Shown here: positions 1-10,077 of the stretch, one piece after another
How the letters are laid out: every line of letters begins with the position of its first letter
Numbering within the stretch: position 1 is the stretch's first letter
From: an uncultured Thermodesulfobacteriota bacterium
GTDB lineage: Bacteria; Desulfobacterota; GWC2-55-46; JADFVP01
Direction: 5' to 3'
Length of the DNA: 64,000 bases
Assembly: GCA_964474975.1 (NCBI GenBank)
Contig: CAYYUX010000002.1
Span: forward strand, 6,958-70,957
The notes under the pieces: generated by a model
The model's database searches: none
Told to the model about the DNA's origin: nothing
The model's input: only the letters and a program-made list of their open reading frames with translations
Position numbers and translations under genes: made by a program

Positions 1-312
1 TCCGGCAGTGGCAATGAGATCGGCGACGAGCTTTGCCGATATTGGCGACCTCGGCGCGACTTTTCTATCCTGGCGCGCATAGCCGTAATAAGGAATTACA
101 GCAGTAATCGACTGAGCCGAGGCCCTTTTGAGGGCATCGAGCATAATAAGGAGTTCCATGAGATTCTGGTTGCCGGGATTGGAAGTAGACTGGACGACAT
201 ATACCTCGCGGCACCTCACGCTATCACGGATATCAACGCTTATCTCACCGTCGCTGAAGGCCTTAACCTCAACATTGCCAAGCTCTACGCCAAGATGGGA
301 GGAAATCTCCAT
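1..312 (-). CDS. prs: ribose-phosphate pyrophosphokinase, N-terminal part. The gene continues beyond the window start
   Basis: Minus-strand translation from the ATG at 312 gives [84 protein letters not shown]. This is the typical PRPP synthetase N-terminus. Confidence 0.85.
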   Translation of the reverse strand, partial: MEISSHLGVELGNVEVKAFSDGEISVDIRDSVRCREVYVVQSTSNPGNQNLMELLIMLDALKRASAQSITAVIPYYGYARQDRKVAPRSPISAKLVADLIATAG

Positions 313-402
313 GGAGAGGGGTTTATTTGAATTTCCTGAAAAAAGTTTTATGTTGTTCATCTATGAGATATCTACCGTGATTAAGTTTATAAAAAAAGAT
401 GA

Positions 403-477
403 TGGCTGGGGCGGGAGGATTCGAACCTCCGATAACGGGGATCAAAACCCCGTGCCTTGCCGCTTGGCGACGCCCCA
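403..477 (-). tRNA. tRNA-Gln (anticodon TTG)
   Basis: 75-nt cloverleaf folded by hand. Acceptor TGGGGCG/CGCCCCA. Anticodon stem CGGGG/CCCCG with loop TTTTGAT (anticodon TTG). T-arm GGAGG-TTCGAAT-CCTCC. Encoded 3' CCA. Confidence 0.9.
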
Positions 478-685
478 AAACATGTAGATGGTATGCCGCA
501 AGCAAAATAAGACCGTTGTAATAACGGCAGGTTGTTAATAACGTGACTTCATAAACACAAAAAATGAAAAATCACATAGTTGAGATGTTAATTACGAGAC
601 GCCGGGAGAGTAGGGTAAAGTCCAACAACATCTTTCACCGTAGCCCCACCTCACTTAACTCGCAACCCGCTCCGTCAGGCCTCCC

Positions 686-1558
686 TTAATACTGCCCCTT
701 CAAGAGGCCCCTTGCAAAAAAAATCGCTTTGCCCTTTCCGGCCGAACTATCGCGCAGGTATCTGAAGGCCTCTTCTGCTCTTTTCTCCTCAGTGAAAAGA
801 CCAAATACAGTAGAACCGCTACCTGACATAAGAGCCCCGTCTGCTCCCGATTTTATAAGAAGCTTTTTCAAGCCGCTAATTTCCGGAAACTTCGTGAGAG
901 TAACGGCCTCAAGGTCATTTGTGAGATTACCCACAAGGGTTGTTACGCTCTCAAAAAGCTTGTCAGAATAAGATAAGATATTATCTTCAGGTTTATTTGT
1001 CAAGTCCAAATTATTGTAGACCCAGCTCGTGGAGACGGAAAAACCGGGATTTATGAGTATATAGCAGAGGCCGGGAAGTGAAACTCGTCGCAAGACTTCT
1101 CCCCTGCCTGTGGCCAGTGCCGGGCTTTTAAGGATAAAAAAGGGTACGTCAGAACCTATCTCCTCGGCCATTTTCTTAAGTTCCTCGTCATCAAGGCCGG
1201 TATGGAGCAGTTTGTTGAGGGCCATGAGTACAGAGGCCGCGTTGGAGCTTCCGCCGCCGAGTCCCGCGCCAACGGGTATGGATTTCTCTATTTTGATACT
1301 GAGGGACCTCGTTAGGCCGGTGTATTCAAGAAAGAGGTCAGCCGCCCTCCAAGCGAGATTGGAGCTGTCTGAGGGGACATTGGCCTCTGCGCACTCAATG
1401 GAGATACCCTCTCCTTCAACTGAATCTATTGATATTTTATCAAATAGCGATATGGGCTCCATGAGGGTGTAGAGGTCATGATAACCATCCGCTCTTTTTC
1501 CAAGGACCTTCAGCAGTAGATTTATCTTTGCAGGGGATAAGACAGAGATGCTACTCAT
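686..1558 (-). CDS. ispE: 4-diphosphocytidyl-2-C-methyl-D-erythritol kinase (GHMP kinase)
   Basis: 290 aa. GHMP kinase motifs are present (PVGAGLGGGSSNAAS). Conserved ispE / tRNA-Gln / prs neighbourhood. Confidence 0.9.
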   Translation of the reverse strand: MSSISVLSPAKINLLLKVLGKRADGYHDLYTLMEPISLFDKISIDSVEGEGISIECAEANVPSDSSNLAWRAADLFLEYTGLTRSLSIKIEKSIPVGAGLGGGSSNAASVLMALNKLLHTGLDDEELKKMAEEIGSDVPFFILKSPALATGRGEVLRRVSLPGLCYILINPGFSVSTSWVYNNLDLTNKPEDNILSYSDKLFESVTTLVGNLTNDLEAVTLTKFPEISGLKKLLIKSGADGALMSGSGSTVFGLFTEEKRAEEAFRYLRDSSAGKGKAIFFARGLLKGQY

Positions 1559-1740
1559 CGTTAAGGGTCATGTCCGTTCTCTTTGTAGGCAGAGCCCATC
1601 CAAAAGCGATGAGAAAGAGACCAAAGAGCGAGAAGTTGGTAGTAGGGTCAAAGGGCAGCCTCCACCAACTTGGCCTTGAGGAGTGCAGTTCCGTAAGGTC
1701 GATGGTATTTTTTCGCGTATCGCTCATAGTCCATAACCTC

Positions 1741-3198
1741 TTACATGAAGAAGGGTTTTGCCGCCTCTATGGCAAGATTAAGGAAGGGTTCAGGATAAAG
1801 TCCCAGAATGACCGTTCCTGCGGCAGTGCAGAAGAGTACTATATTATACCATACACCAGTAGCCGGATGCTCAAGACCTGACTCGTACTCTTTTATGAAC
1901 ATATAGAAGATGACCCTCGCATAGAAAAACAGCGAGATAACGGTGCTCACAACACCGATAGAGGCAAGCCAGAAATAATGTTCCTTTACAGCGGCGGAGA
2001 GTATGAAAAACTTCGCCGCGAAACCGCCCGTCGGGGGTATCCCGGCAAGAGAAAGCAAAAAGAGGGCCATTAAAAAAGCAAGTACAGGCCGCGTGGATAT
2101 AAGGCCGCTGTAATCGCTTATGTGCTCCCCGCGTATAATTCCACGGGTCTCGCTACGCAGATGGGTAATTATGACAAAGGCTCCCATGTTCATAAAGAGA
2201 TAGACGAGAAAATAGAAAAGGATCCCGGCTACGCCGACTTTGTTATATACAAGGAGACCCATCAGTATAATACCCGCGTGAGTTATACTCGAATAGGCGA
2301 GCATCCTGATAATGTTTTTCTGGGATATGGCCACGACACTGCCAAATATCATTGTGGCCGCTGACAGTATCCAGAGGAGCTCTGCCCACTGGACATGAAT
2401 AGCCGGAAAGGCCACTACAAAGACACGGAGAAAAGCGGCAAAGGCCGCGGCCTTCGAGCCTATGGAAAGTAGCGCCGTAACAGGCGTCGGCGCGCCCTCG
2501 TATACATCGGGGGCCCATAGATGAAATGGGAATGCCGCCACCTTGAAACCAAAGCCTATTACTATGAAGATAAGGCCAAAGGTCAGGTAAGTGCCGCCGG
2601 CCCCGCTGATAAGACCCTTTGCTATGGCGTTGAGGTTGGTGGAACCCGATGCCCCGTAGGCAAATGCGATACCGTAGAGGAGAACGCCGGAAGATAGGGC
2701 GCCAAGGACAAGATATTTCAGCGCGCCCTCGACAGAGCGGTTGTCTCCTGTCCTGAAGGCCACGAGGATATAAAATGACATAGCCATAAGCTCAAGGCCC
2801 ACATAGAGGGTGATAAGGTCGTTGGCCGAGGCCATTACCATCATTCCAACAGTGGAGATGAGGATTATGTGGTAGAACTCGCCCCTCCCGATGCCGTTCT
2901 TTTTAAGATAACCCATGGAGATGATAATCGTGAATAAAGAGGCAAGGATGAATATTACATTAAAGTAGGCAGAGAAACCGTCGGCAAGGACCGTTCCGCC
3001 AAAAGACGGCACACTCTCCCTTGTCATTACGGCCACAGGCAGAATGATTATCAGTCCGAATGTGCTGATATAACCGAGTACGGTCTTGTCTCTGCGCTTT
3101 ATGAAAAAATCCACAATCAGCACAATCAGGGCAAGCACTGTTGTGAGTATCTCCGGCATTATGGAGCTAAGGTTTATATTGAGGTTCAATAAATCCAT
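1741..3198 (-). CDS. nuoN: NADH-quinone oxidoreductase subunit N
   Basis: 485 aa polytopic antiporter-like subunit. It is the last gene of the nuo operon. Confidence 0.9.
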   Translation of the reverse strand: MDLLNLNINLSSIMPEILTTVLALIVLIVDFFIKRRDKTVLGYISTFGLIIILPVAVMTRESVPSFGGTVLADGFSAYFNVIFILASLFTIIISMGYLKKNGIGRGEFYHIILISTVGMMVMASANDLITLYVGLELMAMSFYILVAFRTGDNRSVEGALKYLVLGALSSGVLLYGIAFAYGASGSTNLNAIAKGLISGAGGTYLTFGLIFIVIGFGFKVAAFPFHLWAPDVYEGAPTPVTALLSIGSKAAAFAAFLRVFVVAFPAIHVQWAELLWILSAATMIFGSVVAISQKNIIRMLAYSSITHAGIILMGLLVYNKVGVAGILFYFLVYLFMNMGAFVIITHLRSETRGIIRGEHISDYSGLISTRPVLAFLMALFLLSLAGIPPTGGFAAKFFILSAAVKEHYFWLASIGVVSTVISLFFYARVIFYMFIKEYESGLEHPATGVWYNIVLFCTAAGTVILGLYPEPFLNLAIEAAKPFFM

Positions 3199-3200
3199 AT

Positions 3201-4802
3201 CTATCTCGTTCCTGCCTTAAGATGATCCGAGGGTTTATTATCTATCATGGCCAACGTACCCGAGGCGCCCTGCGTCAACCCGGCCGCCCTGCGGTAATTA
3301 TGCTCCACCTGATCTACAAGCCTTGTAATAGAGGCGTCCATGACATGAAGAAGGGGCCGCGGGAAGAGGCCTATCCAGAAGATAAGCACTGTAAATGAGA
3401 GCGCCGTTACAATCTCGCGGCAATTAAGGTCCTTTAACGTATTGTGGCCCACATAAGAATATTCTCCGAGAAAGACCCGCTGGAAGAGCCAGAGGAGATA
3501 CACAGTGCCGAGGAGTACGCCCACGGCAACAACAACAGCGTAAAACCAACTCGCCTTGAAGGCCCCTATAAGCACAAGAAGCTCGCCTATGAAACCATTT
3601 GTAGAGGGCATGCCCATGGAAGAGAGGGCTACGACGAGAAAGAAGAAGCCGAATATGGGCATGCGTTTGAATAGCCCCGTATAATCGCCTATCATCCTCG
3701 TATGCGTTCTCTCGTATATCATTCCCACAAGGAGGAAGAGCGCCCCTGTGGAGATGCCGTGGTTTATCATCTGTACGAGGCCGCCCTTGATGCCCTCGGC
3801 ATTCATCACAAAGACGCCGAGCATGACGAACCCCATGTGGCTGACGCTGGAGTAGGCGATAATCTTTTTTATATCCTTCTGCGCTATGGTAACAAGGGCC
3901 CCGTAGATAATGGCGATAAGGGAAATATATATCATGAAGGGCGAAAAATAAAAACTCGCGTTTGGCAGAATAGGCAGACTGAAGCGTACAAAGGCGTAAG
4001 TGCCAAGTTTCAGGAGTACGGCGGCGAGGATGATACTGCCTGCCGTAGGCGCGTCCGTATGGGCGTCGGGGAGCCATGTATGCAATGGAAACATAGGCAC
4101 CTTGACGGCAAAACCAAGGGCAAAGGCAATAAAAATCCAGAACTGAATAGCCGGAGCAAGGGGTGTAAGGGAGAGTATCGTCGAATCAAATGTATAAACC
4201 CCCGTCGCGTTGCCGTGATAATAGTAGAGGGCTATCATGCCAATCAACATAAAGAGGCTTCCAAGGAAGGTAAAGAGAAAGAACTTTATGGCGGAGTAGA
4301 GTTTCCGCTGACCTCCCCATATGCCTATAATAAAGACCATGGGTACAAGCACTGCCTCCCAGAAGCAATAGAAGAGAAAAAGGTCCTGGGCCATGAAGAC
4401 ACCAAGAGAGCAGGTCTCAGTAAAGAGGAATAGGGCCATGTAGCCCCGTAGCCTGGTCTTGATATCCTTCCATGAGGCGAGTACGCAGACAATGGTGATA
4501 AAGGTGGTAAGAAGTACGAGGAGCAGGCTTATGCCGTCTACTCCCATATAATAGGAGATGCCGAAGGACTTTATCCAGACGGACTTCTCCACCCACTGAA
4601 GCCCCGGGTTGGAGGCGTCAAAAGTAAAGGGCAGATAGAGCGAGAGAAGAAATACCACGCTTGAAAAAACAAGGGCCGTCCACCTTATGAGGACCTTATC
4701 CTCTTTTTTCAGGAAGAGGATAATAATGGCGCCAAGGGTCGGCAGAAAGGTCAATATTGAAAGAATAGGCCACGTAGTGGTGCTCACCTCAACAGGTGTC
4801 AT
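3201..4802 (-). CDS. nuoM: NADH-quinone oxidoreductase subunit M (second, distal paralogue)
   Basis: 533 aa. Contains WLPDAHTDAPTAGSIILAAVLLKLGTYAFVRF. It overlaps the upstream nuoM paralogue by 4 nt. Confidence 0.9.
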   Translation of the reverse strand: MTPVEVSTTTWPILSILTFLPTLGAIIILFLKKEDKVLIRWTALVFSSVVFLLSLYLPFTFDASNPGLQWVEKSVWIKSFGISYYMGVDGISLLLVLLTTFITIVCVLASWKDIKTRLRGYMALFLFTETCSLGVFMAQDLFLFYCFWEAVLVPMVFIIGIWGGQRKLYSAIKFFLFTFLGSLFMLIGMIALYYYHGNATGVYTFDSTILSLTPLAPAIQFWIFIAFALGFAVKVPMFPLHTWLPDAHTDAPTAGSIILAAVLLKLGTYAFVRFSLPILPNASFYFSPFMIYISLIAIIYGALVTIAQKDIKKIIAYSSVSHMGFVMLGVFVMNAEGIKGGLVQMINHGISTGALFLLVGMIYERTHTRMIGDYTGLFKRMPIFGFFFLVVALSSMGMPSTNGFIGELLVLIGAFKASWFYAVVVAVGVLLGTVYLLWLFQRVFLGEYSYVGHNTLKDLNCREIVTALSFTVLIFWIGLFPRPLLHVMDASITRLVDQVEHNYRRAAGLTQGASGTLAMIDNKPSDHLKAGTR

Positions 4803-6391
4803 CTCGGCCCTCCTTTCCCGCTATGCGACGCAACAAGGGCGTCACGGCCATCTTGATGGTTCAATGCAAGCTCCATGGCCCTGGTTTTACCTTGATTCGC
4901 CTCTACCATGGCGGCAAGGTGAGTAGTCGTAGCCTCTGTGTAGCCAAGTATGTGTTTCGGATATATTCCTATCCAGAAGACAAAGATGATTATACCAAGA
5001 AGCATCACGACCTCACGGACGTTAACGTCTTTCAGCACTGCGTTCTCGGGCCGATTTATCTTGCCGAAGATCATCCGTTGCGCCATCCACAGCATATAAG
5101 CGGCGCCGAGTATGACACCTGTCGCGCCAAGGACAGCGGCCACGGGGCTGGCACGGAATAGACCGAGGAGTATTAAGATCTCGCCAATAAAGCCATTGGT
5201 GCCGGGTAGACCTATGGACGAGAAAATTATAATCATGAAGAGTGCCGAGTAGACGGGCATGACCTTTGCTATTCCGCCAAAGTCGGCTATCTGCCTCGTA
5301 TGTCTGCGCTCGTATATAATGCCTATGGCGAGAAAGAGTCCGCCAGTGGAGATTCCGTGATTTATCATCTGCAGGACGCCGCCGTCTATTCCCTGCTGAT
5401 TAAGGGCGAAGATACCGGCCATGACCGCGCCGAGGTGAGCTACGCTTGAATAGGCAACGAGTTTCTTCACATCAGACTGCGCCATGGCAAGTAGAGAGCC
5501 GTATATTATACCTATGACGGCAAGCACTATTATATACGGTGCAAAGGTGGCCGTTGCATCGGCAAGAAGGGGCAGATTGAACCTCAAAAAGCCGTATGTC
5601 CCCATCTTCAGAAGTACACCGGCAAGGATGACACTGCCTGCCGTAGGCGCCTCCACATGGGCATCGGGGAGCCATGTATGAAAAGGGAAGACTGGCACCT
5701 TGATGGCAAAACCAAGGAAAAAGGTAAGGAATATCCACCACTGCAGGTTATAGGGATAGACTACCTCATAGAGTTTCAGAAGGTTGAAGGTATAGTCTCC
5801 TGTAAGATGGCCGTGAGCAAAATACAGCGCCAGTATACCTACAAGCATGAAGACACTGCCAAATAGCGTGTAGAGGAAAAATTTGATATTGGCGTAGAGC
5901 TTTCTCGGACCGCCCCATATACCGATGAGAAAATACATAGGTATAAGCCCTATCTCCCAGAAGAGGAAGAAGAGTATCATATCCATGGAGATAAAGACGC
6001 CTACCATGCCCGTCTCAAGGATGAGCATATATATCATATACTCCTTCACCCTCTCAGTCACAGCCGACCACGAGCAGAGGACGGCTATTATGGAGAGGAA
6101 GGTGGTAAGCAGTACAAGGGTCAGGCCGATGCCGTCCATGCCGAGAAAATAACTCACGCCTATGGAGGGTATCCACGAGCCCATCTCAACAAACTGCATC
6201 TTGTACGTGGTGGTATCAAAGGCGAGGAGCGGCACAAGGGAGATGCAGAAGTTGATTATGGTCACACCAAGGGCCGTCATCCTCAGCACATCCTTATTTT
6301 TTGCCGGTGTCAGGGCGAGGATTACGGCCCCTATAGCCGGCACAAATATAAGCACGCTCAATATGGGAAAATGCAGTACGTTCTCTATCAT
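4799..6391 (-). CDS. nuoM: NADH-quinone oxidoreductase subunit M (first paralogue)
   Basis: 530 aa. Contains WLPDAHVEAPTAGSVILAGVLLKMGTYGFLRF. It is a clear paralogue of the adjacent nuoM. Both copies look intact. Confidence 0.9.
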   Translation of the reverse strand: MIENVLHFPILSVLIFVPAIGAVILALTPAKNKDVLRMTALGVTIINFCISLVPLLAFDTTTYKMQFVEMGSWIPSIGVSYFLGMDGIGLTLVLLTTFLSIIAVLCSWSAVTERVKEYMIYMLILETGMVGVFISMDMILFFLFWEIGLIPMYFLIGIWGGPRKLYANIKFFLYTLFGSVFMLVGILALYFAHGHLTGDYTFNLLKLYEVVYPYNLQWWIFLTFFLGFAIKVPVFPFHTWLPDAHVEAPTAGSVILAGVLLKMGTYGFLRFNLPLLADATATFAPYIIVLAVIGIIYGSLLAMAQSDVKKLVAYSSVAHLGAVMAGIFALNQQGIDGGVLQMINHGISTGGLFLAIGIIYERRHTRQIADFGGIAKVMPVYSALFMIIIFSSIGLPGTNGFIGEILILLGLFRASPVAAVLGATGVILGAAYMLWMAQRMIFGKINRPENAVLKDVNVREVVMLLGIIIFVFWIGIYPKHILGYTEATTTHLAAMVEANQGKTRAMELALNHQDGRDALVASHSGKGGPR

Positions 6392-6456
6392 ATTATACTG
6401 TCTCTTTTGCCTTCAGCCGTCTTTATCATCTTTATCCAAGTCCCTCTATGATGGCC

Positions 6457-8547
6457 TCAGCCTATCATGGCACGCACTATAAGAACTATTACACCGAGGA
6501 TGAAGACCAGGGCGTAATTCTGCAAATAGCCGCTCTGTAGCCTGCGCCAGATACCGCTCTTAACGCTGACGATAGTTGCCATGGAGTTTATAATTCCATC
6601 TACGATGTAAATATCAAATTTGTGGGAGAGCCACGCGGCAAGCCTTGTACACCACGCCGCGCCGTTGACAATGCCGTCTATGATGCCGAGATCAAAGGCC
6701 CAGCACCAGGCGCATAGCCTCTTTATGGGGTTTATTATAAGGACGTCGTATATCTCGTCTATGTAGTATTTATTGTAGAGAAGTTTGTGGAGCCCCCTGA
6801 AGGAACGGGTGATATTTTCGGGTTTCAGGAAACTCGGCGCACCGGCACTCATCGGCGCGTAATACATAAGCGCCGCGAGGAAAATTCCAAAGACTCCCAC
6901 GCAGACGGAGACAACCATGAGGATATATTCCGTACTGCTGTGAGCGGCCTCTTCCGCTACATTGGCAAGATGCGCTCCTCCCGTGGACATAGCGGCAACA
7001 GCGACATGAGCGCCATGCGAAAGGGCCGCGCTTGCTCCCTCGGCGCCATGGCCGAAGACGGGGCTCAGAAAGTGATGAAGCCTTGAGCCGCCCGGTAAAA
7101 ACGGTATGCCCACGACACCACCGATGATGGCCATAACGGCAAGGACTATGAGGGGAGTAGTCATACTTGAGGGCGACTCGTGGATGTGCGCCTTTGTATG
7201 CTCATCGGCGCGGCATTTGCCTGAAAAAGTCATAAAGACCTGGCGGAACATATAAAATGCCGTAAGGAACGCAGTGAAGAGGCCCACGGCCCAGATGATA
7301 TAATGGCCGCCGCTGAAAGACTCCCAGAGAATCTCGTCCTTACTCCAGAATCCGCTCAAGGGCGGTATGCCTGAGATGGCCAACGCTCCGATAATAAATG
7401 TAGTGGAGGTTATCTTCATGCGTGAGTGCAGGCCGCCCATCTGCCTCATATCCTGCTCATCGGACATGCCGTGTATTACACTGCCGGAGCCGAGGAATAG
7501 AAGGCCCTTGAAAAAGGCATGCGTCATGAGGTGAAAAACTCCGGCCGTGTAGGCACCGAGACCAACGGCGGCGAACATATAACCAAGCTGACTCACAGTG
7601 GAGTAGGCGAGAACTTTTTTGATATCATTCTGCACAAGGCCGATGGTAGCGGCAAAAAGGGCCGTAAATATGCCGACTATGGCCACGGCGTGCCCCACAG
7701 AGGGGACCATGGAGTATAAGGCGTTATTACGCGCCACCATGTATACACCGGCAGTTACCATGGTGGCCGCGTGTATGAGTGCCGATACGGGCGTAGGGCC
7801 CTCCATTGCGTCGGGGAGCCATACATACAGAGGGAACTGAGCCGATTTACCCACCGCGCCGACAAAGAGAAGGGCCGCCACAAGGGCAAGGGTGCCGTGG
7901 CTCAAGTGGTGTATATTGGCGAAGACCTCTTTATAGCTCAACGAATGTATGCCGTGGGCAGAGAGGCTCCAGAAGAGGACAAATAGACCGAGGATGAAAC
8001 CGAAGTCTCCTATCCTGTTCACTACAAAGGCCTTCTTGCCGGCGTCGCTGGCAGATTTTTTATGATACCAGAAGCCTATGAGGAGATAGGAGCAGAGGCC
8101 AACGCCCTCCCATCCAAGGAATAAGACAAGGTAGTTGGCGCCAAGGACCAGCATAAGCATAAAAAAGACAAAGAGGTTCAAATAGGCAAAATACCTGTTG
8201 GAGCTCTTGTCATGATGCATATAGCCTATGGAATAGACATGGATAAAGAAGCCCACGCCCGTTACGACAAGTATCATCAAGGTGGAAAGCGGGTCCACGA
8301 GAAAACTTATGTCAATATGAAATGCTCCGCTCGTAATCCATTGAAAAGCCATCACCTCAACAGAGCGCTCACCGGGGTCCATACCCGTAAGCCCCATGAA
8401 GACGGATATAGCCACAAGAAAAGAGAGACCAATGGATATACAGGCAATGACCCCGGCGGTCTTTCTGGGCATACGACCGCATAGGAGGCCATTTATAATG
8501 GCGCCTATAAGGGGGAAAAGCGGTATGAGCCATACATATTCAATCAT
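6457..8547 (-). CDS. nuoL: NADH-quinone oxidoreductase subunit L (elongated form)
   Basis: 696 aa. Contains the GWEGVGLCSYLLIGFWY signature. An Ala/His-rich insertion plus a long C-terminal lateral-helix region make it noticeably longer than typical NuoL. Confidence 0.9.
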   Translation of the reverse strand: MIEYVWLIPLFPLIGAIINGLLCGRMPRKTAGVIACISIGLSFLVAISVFMGLTGMDPGERSVEVMAFQWITSGAFHIDISFLVDPLSTLMILVVTGVGFFIHVYSIGYMHHDKSSNRYFAYLNLFVFFMLMLVLGANYLVLFLGWEGVGLCSYLLIGFWYHKKSASDAGKKAFVVNRIGDFGFILGLFVLFWSLSAHGIHSLSYKEVFANIHHLSHGTLALVAALLFVGAVGKSAQFPLYVWLPDAMEGPTPVSALIHAATMVTAGVYMVARNNALYSMVPSVGHAVAIVGIFTALFAATIGLVQNDIKKVLAYSTVSQLGYMFAAVGLGAYTAGVFHLMTHAFFKGLLFLGSGSVIHGMSDEQDMRQMGGLHSRMKITSTTFIIGALAISGIPPLSGFWSKDEILWESFSGGHYIIWAVGLFTAFLTAFYMFRQVFMTFSGKCRADEHTKAHIHESPSSMTTPLIVLAVMAIIGGVVGIPFLPGGSRLHHFLSPVFGHGAEGASAALSHGAHVAVAAMSTGGAHLANVAEEAAHSSTEYILMVVSVCVGVFGIFLAALMYYAPMSAGAPSFLKPENITRSFRGLHKLLYNKYYIDEIYDVLIINPIKRLCAWCWAFDLGIIDGIVNGAAWCTRLAAWLSHKFDIYIVDGIINSMATIVSVKSGIWRRLQSGYLQNYALVFILGVIVLIVRAMIG

Positions 8548-8553
8548 TTAAAA

Positions 8554-8859
8554 TCAGCCCTTCATCTCGTCAAGTTCGTCAACATAGACAGTACGCCTCT
8601 GCCTGTACACACAGACAAGGATTGCGAGTCCTATGGCCACCTCTGCGGCGGCGACAGTAATATTAAAGACCACGAATACGATTCCGTTAAGGTTGCCCGT
8701 AAAGTATGAGAACGCCGCCAGTGCAATATTAACGGCATTAAAAAGGAGCTCAAGAGACATGAGTACTATGAGGATATTACGCCTTATTAGTACGCCTGCG
8801 ACTCCTATAATAAAGAGCAGGAAACTTAGGACGAGAAAATGTGTAAGTGTAAGCGTCAT
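8554..8859 (-). CDS. nuoK: NADH-quinone oxidoreductase subunit K
   Basis: 101 aa three-transmembrane protein, in operon position. Confidence 0.9.
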   Translation of the reverse strand: MTLTLTHFLVLSFLLFIIGVAGVLIRRNILIVLMSLELLFNAVNIALAAFSYFTGNLNGIVFVVFNITVAAAEVAIGLAILVCVYRQRRTVYVDELDEMKG

Positions 8860-9374
8860 TATTTAAGGGCCTTTGTTTTGTCCTTCATTACAAGCACAAC
8901 TGTTCCGACAAGAGCTATCAGCAGGAGCAGTGAGACCACCTCGAATGGATATATATACTGCGTATACAAGGCCCTTCCCACGACCTCGGTGTTCTTGGCC
9001 AGAGCCGCCTCTTTAAAGGGGACGCCCGGCACAGAGGCCTTGCCTGAAAAAAGCAGGAGCCCCGAGACGAGAAAGAGCCCTCCGAGGGCGATTAAGGCCG
9101 GTATGGTCTGACCGTGAAACTTATCGCCGAATTTTTCATTACCCACGCCGAGTACAAGAATAGCAAACAAAAAGAGGACCATTACCGCGCCGACGTAGAC
9201 AAAGACCTGCACTGCGGCAAGAAAAGGCGAGCGCAGAAGGATAAAGATAGCGGCAACCTGCAACAAGCACAGTATAAGAAAGAGTGTGCTGTGTATGGGG
9301 TTACGCGCCAGGACCACAGAGGCGGCGGCAACAACGGCTATAAATGCAAAAATATAGAAAAATATCAGTTCCAT
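8859..9374 (-). CDS. nuoJ: NADH-quinone oxidoreductase subunit J
   Basis: 171 aa membrane protein between nuoI and nuoK. Confidence 0.85.
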   Translation of the reverse strand: MELIFFYIFAFIAVVAAASVVLARNPIHSTLFLILCLLQVAAIFILLRSPFLAAVQVFVYVGAVMVLFLFAILVLGVGNEKFGDKFHGQTIPALIALGGLFLVSGLLLFSGKASVPGVPFKEAALAKNTEVVGRALYTQYIYPFEVVSLLLLIALVGTVVLVMKDKTKALK

Positions 9375-9462
9375 GGCTCTCTGGAGTTAACCCTCTTTGA
9401 TACGATTGTCCTTTACAATTACAATATCAAGGCTGTTTGACGTGAGGACCCTTTCAGCCCCC

Positions 9463-10059
9463 TTACCAGCGCATTTTTTTAAGGTTTCCAAGGTCGGCTA
9501 CGACCTTTATGCCGTCCTTATTCCTTACGAACTTCGCCTTGGCTATGCCGCCGCCGGTGATGTGCTCCGGTATGGACTGCGGCACAAGGAGCTCTTCCCT
9601 CTCGTAAACAGTCTTGGCAATGTCCGTAGTTGATAGTTCATACTCTCTCCCGAGGCGTAAGGCACGTGTCGGGCAGGCGTCTTCACAGTATCCGCAAAAG
9701 AGGCACCTTACAAGGTTAATCCTCCAGACCTTCGCCACCCTGTCTGTTATTCCCCTGCCCGTGTCATCCTCCATGGGTATGACGGTGATGCAATTGGTGG
9801 GACAGGACTTGGAGCAAAGCTCACAGGCCACGCAAAGCTCTTTTCCCTCTGAGGTACGGTTAAGGGTATGACGCCCCCTGAAGCGCTGGTATGGTATCCA
9901 TTTTTCCTCATCAGGATACCTGATTGTAATAGGCTTTGAAAAGAGATAGCCAAGGGTTACGTGGAGCCCCTTTATAAAATCTATAAAGAGGGCGCTCCTG
10001 GCAAAATCCTTTATCTTCTTTCCAACGCCGCATCTGCAACTCATAAAAACATACCTCAA
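9463..10059 (-). CDS. nuoI: NADH-quinone oxidoreductase subunit I (2x[4Fe-4S] ferredoxin)
   Basis: Two CxxCxxCxxxCP motifs: CVACELCSKSCP and CLFCGYCEDACP. Confidence 0.9.
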   Translation of the reverse strand: MRYVFMSCRCGVGKKIKDFARSALFIDFIKGLHVTLGYLFSKPITIRYPDEEKWIPYQRFRGRHTLNRTSEGKELCVACELCSKSCPTNCITVIPMEDDTGRGITDRVAKVWRINLVRCLFCGYCEDACPTRALRLGREYELSTTDIAKTVYEREELLVPQSIPEHITGGGIAKAKFVRNKDGIKVVADLGNLKKMRW

Positions 10060-10077
10060 AAGACTATATGAAAAACC

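Noticed and set aside
128-487. 119-aa plus-strand ORF
   Set aside because: It overlaps tRNA-Gln and the prs start on the opposite strand. No recognisable domain. Spurious.
3702-4433. 243-aa plus-strand ORF, and similar long antisense ORFs (for example 16346..16909, 30896..31585, 36440..37072, 38319..38984, 40629..41288, 44019..44702, 49464..50339, 53032..53685, 59681..60322)
   Set aside because: All are antisense to well-supported genes. Their compositions are low-complexity and Arg/Gly/His-rich. These are typical GC-driven shadow ORFs.
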